Shown piece by piece: positions 54,104 to 63,801 of a DNA stretch of 63,801 nucleotides (the stretch's first letter is position 1; each line of letters begins with the position of its first letter). Origin of the DNA: Octopus bimaculoides (taxonomy: Eukaryota). Below the pieces are notes generated by a model, which searched no databases, had not been told where the DNA came from, and was given only the letters and a program-made list of their open reading frames with translations. The position numbers were made by a program, and so were the translations under genes. The stretch covers positions 3,811,886 to 3,875,686 of the forward strand of contig NC_068986.1 in assembly GCF_001194135.2 (NCBI RefSeq). The letters run 5' to 3'.

Positions 54104-55329
54104 TTTCAGTGATTCTTCCTTTCCAAAGAACCATGCAAATGAAAATATATAAAGTAGATGGTTTCTAGGCCGAAAAGATAAAGTTTTTTCGTACAAATGA
54201 AACTATGTTATTAAGGAATAAACGTAAAATGGTAGATTGCGGAGGGTTAGTTAGATTATCATCAAGTATGACGATGTCATTATTGAAATTGAATCTATCA
54301 AATATTTTAGTTAAATTCATGATTAACATGACTAATAACTTGTAGGGACGTCGTATTTCGTTATGCAACCTTAATATACTTATATAATAAATATCAAACG
54401 CTTTAGAAGTCAATACTGTGTTAGCAGTGCTATTAAATCATTTGTTAATGTTATCTTTATAGATACATAGAGCAGCGCTGGCACTAACTTCTATAGAAAA
54501 TCTATAGAAGTAACCTTAACAAGTAACATGATTAAATCCTCGCTATTAATTATCAGCTGTATCGAATGTTAATCGAAGAGAGTAAGAACAATTAACAGCG
54601 ATCACACAGAAACATATATTCTTCTGAAAAATGATGGCCTTCGACGCGTATTTGTTCTTGCTGAGGTGAGAATGTAAAGCTTAGTAACGATCCATTTGGT
54701 GCAGATGGATACTCAAAGAGATGTACCAAACGAATTTATCGTTAGAAATTGTTATTGGGAACGTGTTTCAAAAACGGAAAATAAGCAACTCTCTTGCCAA
54801 GTCATCGAGCACATTCAGCACACAGGTCTGCAACCAAAAGGTTTTTATATTCATTGGTTGAAATTAATCAAGTTTTACCTTCTAATTTCAGAAATCATAC
54901 TATCACGTTGAGTTTCATCATTTATTTTACCATTACGTCCGAATTTAACAAATGTCTTTTATTATTACTATTAATTGCCATATTTAGATAGACTATAACA
55001 GTATAACTAATAGGCGTAATTTTGAAAAATTACATCTGTCAACGTTTAGACCGCTTCACCGACACAGAGCGGTGTCTGTGTCACTATAGTTTCTGTCACA
55101 CGCAAGCATTGAGAAGAGAAAAATGCACTTTACAAGGTTACGAAATCACGTCGTTAAGGTTAAAACGTATTTTTTTCATTTCAGTTATTTCCTCATGTCT
55201 TTTTTTATGTATATATACTACATACATTGTTTTATTGCATAATATGTTACATTTTTATGCTTTTTTTAATGATATTTTGTATACATTTCGTTGGTAAATC
55301 AAATATATACTAATAAAAATGTTCCCTTT

Positions 55330-56860
55330 CCATCATTTGAAGCAAAGATGTCTTCCAGAAGACCTGCAGCAAGTCTAGCCGATATAACTTTTGTTAAAGC
55401 TTACTATACCTATGTCGGTGTGAAATTAGGGGTCCGAGATAAGAATGGATTCCTCATAAGGCTTGCTCAATTTGTGGTGAAGAAATAAGACACCGGACAA
55501 AATATATAAAGAAGTTTTTTCGCATTGCGGTTCCAATGATATGGAAAGAGCCTAAAAAGCACAGTGATGATTGCTCCTTTTTCTCATGTAAGGTGCAGGG
55601 ACACAATTCGAAAAGTGGAAAAACATTGTTTATCAAAATCTCCCATTTGCATAGCGACCTGTTGTCCATGGACCAGACGTTCCAATCCCATCATCACCAG
55701 GAAACCTTGAAGACATACACTTGAGTCCGAAGTCAGAAGGCAGAAATAGCAAGGGCAATGAAGGTGAAGAACCTCAACCAGTGGGAATGAAATGATTTAG
55801 TGAGGGTTTTAGTGCTCGCAAATGAGTCAGCAGCCTTTTAATCCAACAACCCTCGCACATTATTCTATTGGTATCATAAGCGCGAAAAAGATTGTATTCC
55901 TTATTTCGCTCTAGAAAATAATTTCGCTTATTGTACAGAACCATCAGAACTAATAGGAAAGTTTGGCATAAGTTACAACCTTAACGAATGAATACCCTTT
56001 TTTGACTCTTCAAAGAGAAGTTTTGAAGGTGTTTTGCTGCATAATAGGGTTAGGGTTAGGGTTAGGGTTAGTAATAAATATGCTTTTATCTCTGTTGGAT
56101 TCTCGGTTATCATGAAGGTAACATGAAAATTTAGTGTCATTCTTACGAAAGATGAAATTGAAAGATCAAAGCTGGATGAGTTTTGCTGACTTGAAATGTT
56201 GCTTGGACAATAGTCAGGCAGCACTAGGTTTCCTCGTTTTTTGCATAAGTTGGACAGTAGAGCCAGGGACCTCCAACAGTCTAAAATAGAATGGCCAAGA
56301 AGGGATACGCTTATATCAGGAATAAAAATATCCTTCGAGAAAGTTCGGTTGATCCGAAAATAGTTCTTTTGCTACCTCTACATATAAAACTTGGCCTCTT
56401 GCAGCAATTCGTAAAAGCTTTGCCACAGGATGTAGAAGCTTCAAGTATTAGCGTAGCAAGTTTTCTGCTCCATCAGACGTCAAGGATGAACGTTTTGAAA
56501 ACTCTCTTAGTGATTCTGAAAAAGAGGTATGGATTAGTTTTAAAGGTGTGATGAACAACTTGTGTAAACACAAGGATCCAGACCACAAAGACATAGTGGG
56601 AAAACTGCTGGAAAAGTTCGAGGCTTTAGGATGAAATGAGCATGAAAGATTGTTTCCTACAAGCCCATTTAGATTTCTTTCCGTAAATCTGGGAAATATG
56701 AGCGAGGAGCAGGGGAAAGGTTTCATAAAGATATGAATGGAATGGGAAGAACATATCAAGGAAGATGGAATGTCAATAAGACGGCCTACTACTGCTGAAT
56801 GTTGCATCGTGAAGGTTCATCAAATGCTCACAAGCGTAAGAGATCTAGGCGAAGTTTCCA
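55330..56860 (+). pseudogene. Decayed DNA transposase, Chapaev3-like (CMC group)
   Basis: KAYYTYVGVKLG; PMIWKEPKKHSDDCSFFSC; NDLVRVL; FDSSKRSFEGVLLHN; MLLGQ*SG..LDSRARD; LPLHIKLGLLQQFVKAL; HLDFFP..MSEEQG; YQGRWNVN. Transposase identity is strong; superfamily name is from recall. Confidence 0.8.
56045..56071 (+). repeat. Short interstitial telomeric repeat (TTAGGG)4
   Basis: tagggttagggttagggttagggttag interrupting LLHN|xNKYA of the transposase. Confidence 0.9.
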
Positions 56861-57041
56861 AATGAAAAAGAAGAGATTTTGAGACGCTGACTCTAAACAA
56901 AGTGAATGGAACCTTCCTAAGAATCTATTTCCTCACCTTTCGAATGCATTTGTGCCATTTTATTTTGCTCATTCGTCGTCTGACGTGTGTATTTATATAA
57001 CTGTGTGCGTGCATGCATTCGTGCGTATGTCTGTGTATGTA

Positions 57042-57102
<61 letters not shown>

Positions 57103-57616
57103 GTGCGTGCGTGCGTGCGTGTGCGTGTGCACGTTTGCTTATATGTTTTCACACTAACTTCTGTGGTTTTGGCAAAATGGAACTGGTGATGATGGTATCA
57201 TCATTACCAGCAGTTCCACATTACAAAGATATCTTAACCTGCTCGGATAAAAAGTTAAGACTCCATTTGGTCATGAATGACCATGAGATTGCACCTAGAA
57301 AGTTCCCCTCCGAGGCACAAGTCCGGGCAAGGTTGTGTTTTTTTGTATGGAAAACCAGTAGTCGCCCATGCATATCAGCCTGCCCTCTCCACGCCACTGA
57401 TGTTATGCAATGCTAGCGTAACCACAACTATGGGTGGTTGTTTGTTGCATTCTACCCCTTTACTTTCTTGATCTGTCGTTTTCAAAGTAGTTAAACCTGT
57501 AATCTTAACTTTGTTTCATATTGTAGTTATATGAAGGATTTATCGTTTTTGCATCCTTTCTATCCGTTTTGTTTCTTTCACCTAGCATCTCTGGCTTCTC
57601 ATCTTCTTATATACAA

Positions 57617-57720
<104 letters not shown>

Positions 57721-57889
57721 CTGTATATATATATATATATACATATATACATATATACACATATACATACATATATATATATCCTTTATTCCTCTCTTCG
57801 ATTTGACCCTACTAATACATTCCCAGCTTTTAGGTCACTTTAAACAGAACCCTTGATTCAATAACACTGTATATAAACTCTGTATTTGG

Positions 57890-58010
57890 AATGACCAATT
57901 TCAAAGACTGTTTGATTTTACTCATAGGGTATTGAAATCTTAATAATGGATTTACAAATGCAACGACCAATCATAAAGACTATTGGATTTTACTCACAAG
58001 GTATTGGAAT
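57890..58010. repeat. Imperfect direct repeat (about 75-bp spacing) upstream of the hammerhead at 58126
   Basis: gaccaat..aaagact..gattttactca..ggtattg(a/g)aatctta occurs twice. Confidence 0.7.
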
Positions 58011-58125
58011 CTTATTTGCATACCATTCTACCTTAACAATGCATTTACAAATACAATATCCCTACATTCATTCTCTATTTCCTATTTCATGTAAATTAAC
58101 TATTGCTTAATCATCCTCTCACACC

Positions 58126-58173
58126 GTCTCCGATGAAGGGATATAATAAATATCCTGGAAACAGCTGTAAGAC
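58126..58173 (+). ncRNA. Minimal type-I hammerhead ribozyme (U4C) in a solo pLTR-like fragment
   Basis: gtct-CCGATGA-a-gggatat aataa atatcct-g-GAAA-cagct-GTA-agac; stem I gtct/agac; palindromic ACAGCTGT stem III. Confidence 0.7.
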
Positions 58174-58978
58174 CTATTTATAAATGTTCTATATTATACA
58201 CAGCCTTGTTTTTTGTTTATCTCATTACGAAATCCTTATATTCACACGCTGATATATGACCTATGTTGGACGCCTTATTCACATAATCACCGAACCTGGA
58301 GCTTAACTGTGGTCTATCCACATCACTTACTCAGCATTACCTGAAACCTCTGGGTCTAATTGACACCACTTTCGCTTATAACCTATATATATATATATAT
58401 CCGAGTAAAAGCAATAGAAGTCGCTTCATAGTAAAAAAAAAAACACTTTATCAGTGTAACATGCTTACTGTATGCGTGTCTTTCCAAAGCCAGGTGCTTA
58501 ATTTTTCCCGGACAAAATCCACAGCTCCAGAGATTTTAACGGCACTCATTCATTAAGTACGGTATATTGTATGTATGTATGTATGTATGTATATATGTAT
58601 GTATGTATGCATGCATGTATATATCTATTTATCTATCTATCTATCGATCTATCTATTTATCTATCTATATATTTATCAATACTCACATACACATCCATAT
58701 AATTTGTAATAATGAAGTCCAACCTGAAACGTACGTATTGCTTTCAAAATATTATTACTTGGTTTGACTTCATTATTACGGCTCGATGCCGGCTCAGACA
58801 AGTCTGTCTTGACTCCAATTACTCTAACAAGATTTTGGAATAATTTATAGTATTTGGCTTCAATCAAAAATTTGGTACCGTCTATTGCTTATAAGCAAAA
58901 CACGAAATTGCTATGCGCGCCATACACACACATATACACGTGTACACACGTACACACATGTGTACACACACACACACA

Positions 58979-59035
<57 letters not shown>

Positions 59036-59682
59036 CAGCACGTGCTGTTGGCGATTTCTTTTCCTTTCTTGGACTTTTCCCTATCTCCTTTCCCACGATG
59101 GGTTACGCTTGAAACATCAAACTCCGTCTTTTCACCGAGTGTCAAGCTAACACATTTCTTGTGCCCGTCTTCTTCTTGTCCGTTAATTTTACTCGTATAT
59201 CTGAATTGATCGTTTATTTGAAATGCCCCCCCCCACACACACACACATNNNNNNNNNNACACACATGTATGTATGTATGGATGGATGGATGGATGGATGG
59301 ATGGATGGATGGATGGATGGATCAGCCATGCAACAACACACATACTTTTCTCGGACTATTTTTTTTCTTCTCTCCGGACCGGGTCTCTTTTTCTCTTTCT
59401 GACGAAAATCCTTTCTCGAAACGCCACCCACCTTCTGTTTTTCATCTTGAACTGAACGTCAACTTAATTCTTTCACTGTGCACCTCCTTTTGACTTTTGT
59501 TGTTTTTTATTTAATTTTTGTTTTTATTTTTGAAAATTTTGCATTTGTTTATGAAAATCAAAAAGGCCAGTGTGTCCCTTCTGTTGCAAAGAAGTAAAGT
59601 GTAGTTTGAAAGAGATTTTTTTCCTTGCCGGCCCAGCTTATATTATTTGCGTATAGTATACATACGTGCGTTTGGGCACACA

Positions 59683-59736
<54 letters not shown>

Positions 59737-60196
59737 NNNNNNNNNNNNNNNNNNNNNNNNNNNNNNNNNNNNNNNNNNNNNNNNNNNNNNNNNNNNNNNN
59801 NNNNNNNNNNNNNNNNNNNNNNNNNNNNNNNNNNNNNNNNNNNNNNNNNNNNNNNNNNNNNNNNNNNNNNNNNNNNNNNNNNNNNNNNNNNNNNNNNNNN
59901 NNNNNNNNNNNNNNNNNNNNNNNNNNNNNNNNNNNNNNNNNNNNNNNNNNNNNNNNNNNNNNNNNNNNNNNNNNNNNNNNNNNNNNNNNNNNNNNNNNNN
60001 NNNNNNNNNNNNNNNNNNNNNNNNNNNNNNNNNNNNNNNNNNNNNNNNNNNNNNNNNNNNNNNNNNNNNNNNNNNNNNNNNNNNNNNNNNNNNNNNNNNN
60101 NNNNNNNNNNNNNNNNNNNNNNNNNNNNNNNNNNNNNNNNNNNNNNNNNNNNNNNNNNNNNNNNNNNNNNNNNNNNNNNNNNNNNNNNNNNNNNNN

Positions 60197-60236
<40 letters not shown>

Positions 60237-60259
60237 AACAAAAAATTTATATCTTGGAC

Positions 60260-60322
60260 ATAGAGTTACCCAAGGTTTTGCATCCACAAAGAAAAACCTT
60301 GTGGACAGCTCGTCAGACTATA
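60260..60322 (-). ncRNA. Hammerhead ribozyme in the PLE-3 3' pLTR (G12A lesion)
   Basis: Minus strand: agt-CTGACGA-gctgtccacaagg tttt tctttgtggatgc-AAAA-ccttgg-GTA-act. Confidence 0.7.
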
Positions 60323-62036
60323 TAAATACCAAATGTAAAATATCTACGTCGTAGACATGAGGAAGCACTCAGAACTCGAGAAATACGTCTTAACAAAAAA
60401 GAAAAAAACAAAACCAAAACCGTTAATGAAGAAGTGTTATCTCCCCTGAATCAAAAGAGAAAAAATCCCCTTATATATCTGAAGGGGCCTAACTAGCATT
60501 CAGTAAGATCCAATTTTCCAGTAAGTAGCGCTTGAAATGGAGATATTTAGAAAACACTTCTTTATAGCTGTTTAATGCGCCATGTTTCTTATAGTCCTTA
60601 AGAATTTTGGCTCCCTCCGCGATGCAGGTCATGCCACGGCCACTTCCATTAATAAACGGGCCCGGATGATCAATTAATTTCCCCCTTGATGTCACACGGG
60701 GTCCCTTGATCTTTGAAGTGCTATACATAGCGAGCCAGGGACGTGACAAACCGTTTTTCTGGGACTCTGAAGAATGACTGGTGGTTAAGAAGACGCCGCT
60801 TGAACGAAGTACTCGCAGAGCCAATATATTTACATACATGTGATATGGTCCTATTCGCACCCCTGGTAACATATTTCGCGGGCTGGTCATCCCATCGGTG
60901 TCGAAGGTAAATATTTGGTCATCTGAGGTGGCAGAACTGGGAACGGCGGATACCTCCTCCAAATCGCTGGTCCTGGATAGGTCATTATTTCTAGGTGCGG
61001 CGTTTGTATTGGTGGCAACATACATTGCGAGCCTGGTCACTCTTTCTGTATCTATAGTTTGTTCATTATTTGTGGCAGTGGTACCGGACTGTTCGGTGAC
61101 GCTCCCTGTGATGCTGGTCCCGGACTGGTTGTTATCTCTAGGTGTGGCAATTGTATTGGCGTGAAACTGGTTAATCTGCTAATAATATTGCTGTTTGATG
61201 GTACGTTACTGTTTGATGGTACTGTTTGATGGTACTGTTATTGCAGCTATCACTATAACCTCATGGATGACCTGTTCGGCCTCACATCGGCCTCCTACTG
61301 GACAGTTATTATGTACCATGTAAGAACAATCTTGTATTGTGGGTACTAAAATGTTTTTTTTATGTTAGGCGAGCAACTAAAGGAGACTCTTAGGTTGTGT
61401 CTGTTAAATAGATGCCTGCATCTATGTGTGTGTGTGTGTGTGTGTGTGAGTGAAATGTATGTCTATCAATCTAAAGAAAATATTTCCCACACAAGTCGGG
61501 ACGTTGAGTGAGAAGGGTGGAGCAAACCAAACAACATTTCTGCGGCGCTTCCTTTTCCGGGTGCTTGGGGCAAGCATGTAGATGTGGTCCTTAAACCTAC
61601 TCGATACCAGTGCCTCATCTTTGTCGAGGCCGAAGAGGACCGAAGGAAACCTCTTCCCTAAGATGTCCAGGATTTACAGTCCGATAAGATCACAGACACC
61701 GGTGCTGTCATATGTTGCCATAGCTACATTAATGGAGTCCTTGGGGTCAGAATGCTTGACCCAAGTCAAATCTTTGTTGAACAGCACCGTCTTCCTGGCA
61801 TGCATGATAACTCTAACTCACTATTATTAATATATGTGAAACCCTTGGCAAAGGAAAGTGCCTTGAACAATAACTCTTTAGAAATAGATGGATAAAAGTC
61901 GACCTTGTCGAACTGTGTAAATCTAACCCTCCCTCTGTTCCGGTTGGTAGTAAACCATGAGGTTACCTCATTGGTGCTGCGCCATAGTGGATGGCTCGCG
62001 TGTCTTCTTATGCCATCATTAATCTTCCTCAGTTAT

Positions 62037-62246
62037 GGCGGCGAGCTGACAGAATTGTTAGCACGCCGGGCGAAATGCTTAGCGGTATTTCGTCTGCCGC
62101 TACGTTCTGAGTTCAAATTCCGCCGAGGTCGACTTTCCCTTTCATCCTTTCGGGGTCGATAAACTAAGTACCAGTTACGCACTGGGTCGATGTAATCGAC
62201 TATCCCCCTTCTCCAAATTTCAGGCCTTGCGCCTATAGTAGAAAGG
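62037..62246 (+). mobile_element. Young SINE family A inserted in the PLE-3 RT with a 16-bp TSD
   Basis: attaatcttcc(t/a)cagt at 62018-62033 and 62247-62262; the RT frame SKYILWKIN|DGIRR rejoins across it. Confidence 0.93.
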
Positions 62247-63000
62247 ATTAATCTTCCACAGTATATACTTACTCGCTTGGCGAATCTCGGACTTGGCCGG
62301 GTTGATCAGGCGACATTTGGGGTCAGAGGCAAAACTCGGCTAGGGATTTTTCAGCGTTATAAATGCATTTCTCTTGGCCAAGATCTCTACTCTGTCTGCT
62401 ATACCGAGGTTAACTGCTATTTGTTTAGCCTCACAGTTAATATTATTTTAAATATGTGGAGAAGCGAGTATGTATTTTTGTGTGATTGGATTATTTAAAA
62501 GTCTATCGTAAGCGTATGTATCTATCAAGTATAAGTTCTTAGTCTTATCCAAGAAGATTAAGGACCTGCTAGAGTTTCTTATTTTTTTTTGTATATCTTC
62601 ACGGAGTTTGCTTTGAAAAGGGGAAAAGGACTTACGGAGTTTCAACCTGGGTATTATGCTCAGTAGGGCCGTTTCGAAGACCTCGAGTTCCTTGATTCTA
62701 GGTGGGAAGTTCCTAGATTTGATACCGTATGTATTAGCCTCAGAGGGAGGCGTGCTTTGATCATGGAAAAACGCATTCCATCTCATACGCTTTATAAGGT
62801 CTATCATTTTCTCCAATAACATTTTCGTGTAGACCTCATTAGAAAGTGTAGGGATAAATTTGTAGAAGACTCTAAATCGAAACGTTCCATGTTATCCTTG
62901 AGGTAGCAATTGATAATATGTAGAAGTGTTAAGACGTATTCCTGGAGTTTTGAGTGTCTCCTCACGTCTGCGACGTAGATATTTTAAATTTTATATTTAT

Positions 63001-63061
63001 ATAGAGTATGACGAGCTGTCCACAAGGCTTTTCTTTGTGGATGCGAAACGTGTAACTCTAT
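63001..63061 (+). ncRNA. Hammerhead ribozyme in the PLE-3 inverted 5' pLTR (C3A lesion)
   Basis: atagagt-ATGACGA-gctgtccacaagg cttt tctttgtggatgc-GAAA-cgt-GTA-actctat; 7-bp perfect stem I, about 12-bp stem II, GUA triplet. Confidence 0.75.
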
Positions 63062-63144
63062 GTCCAAGATATAAAAAATTTGTCGTAATAATTACTGCTC
63101 CATTCTTTAGCGTGTACTTCTTACTGATTATAACTGTCTATATA

Positions 63145-63181
<37 letters not shown>

Positions 63182-63184
<3 letters not shown>

Positions 63185-63801
63185 CAATGTTAATTCTCTA
63201 AATGAAGTATTAACAGTAACTGCACGATAAAGTGTAGTATATTGCCACTTAAGTGTGGCTGACCCCTAGGGGTGGGTGTTACTGTTGCTTTTAGCCCCAG
63301 GAGGACATCTCCTCCAGCTGGCTTATCGACACACGACTGTGTCCTGTTTGCGAAGGGTAGTTATCCCTCTCACCAACATCTGCAGCACAAACGGATCCGG
63401 ATTTCAGGGTTATTTCCCTTCGTCGGGGTTCGATAGCCGCTGACCTTGGTGAGGGAGACAAAAACCTGGCAATCTTATATCTTCTTTTCAAGTGAAATTC
63501 TTCACTGATATCGAAAAGGTGAAAACAAGCAATGTTAATTCTCTAAATGAAGTATTAACAGTAACTGCACGATAAAGTGTAGTATATTGCCACTTAAGTG
63601 TGGCTGACCCCTAGGGGTGGGTGTTACTGTTGCTTTTAGCCCCAGGAGGACATCTCCTCCAGCTGGCTTATCGACACACGACTATGTCCTGTTTGCCAAG
63701 GGTAGTTATCCCTCTCACCAACATCTGCAGCACAAACGGATCCGGATTTCAGGGTTATTTCCCTTCGTCGGGGTTCGATAGCCGCTGACCTTGGTGAGGG
63801 A
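63182..63801. repeat. 345-bp tandem repeat (at least 1.8 copies) starting at a (TA)n tract
   Basis: Unit starts at 63182 and again at 63527; two substitutions seen in the 275 bp that can be compared; runs off the window end. Confidence 0.95.

Larger units (their letters stand above)
60233..63088 (-). mobile_element. Penelope-like retroelement PLE-3 (same type as PLE-1), internally deleted, flanked by inverted pLTR copies
   Basis: ATG at 62890; LIKRMRWNAFF (62448..62822); DPKCRLINPAKSEI; TQFDKVDFYPSISKELL; RRNVVWFAPPFSLNV; RVSFSCSPNI; EN KYIGSASTSFKRRLLNHQSFF..SLARYV; YLHFKRYLL; deletion between RT motif 6 and the thumb region. Confidence 0.93.

Noticed and set aside
60489-61040. 183-aa ORF as a novel protein replacing the endonuclease
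   Set aside because: Its middle part is off-frame; another frame reads KYIGSASTSFKRRLLNH, a frameshifted GIY-YIG.
63495-63526. cactgatatcgaaaaggtg as an ultra-minimal hammerhead
   Set aside because: Core lacks G8/A9 and has no stem II or cleavage triplet; better explained as a simple hairpin.

Overview
Animal (metazoan) genomic DNA, AT-rich and dense in microsatellites, with about 6.5 kb in 17 N-gaps that mostly abut simple repeats. The tRNA-derived SINE families point to an octopod cephalopod, probably Octopus (inference from recalled repeat sequences, not a search). No intact host protein-coding gene, rRNA, tRNA gene or CRISPR array is supported. The window looks intronic or intergenic, and most ORF-track entries are microsatellite or gap artefacts. 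Recognisable content: (1) three decayed Penelope-like retroelements (RT + C-terminal GIY-YIG) at 20.3-24.3 kb (-), 29.1-30.7 kb (+) and 60.2-63.1 kb (-); (2) six type-I hammerhead-ribozyme-like motifs, three inside these PLEs and three in orphan repeat fragments; (3) decayed DNA transposons (Tigger/pogo, mariner, Chapaev3-like) and several MITE/foldback elements; (4) a Dong/R4-type LINE 3' end inside a (TAA)n tract and a probable L1/Tx1 ORF1 5' fragment; (5) more than 20 SINE copies from about 4 families. The most notable observations are the PLE bracketed by inverted 163-bp ribozyme-bearing repeats, a hammerhead with intact core and a very long stem II upstream of another PLE, unusually long Asn/Ser/Thr-rich RT-EN linkers in both PLEs of that type, and an in-frame (TTAGGG)4 insertion inside a transposase. 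Weak promoter and splice signals hint at a minus-strand host transcript. All RNA folds were done by eye, and family names need database confirmation.
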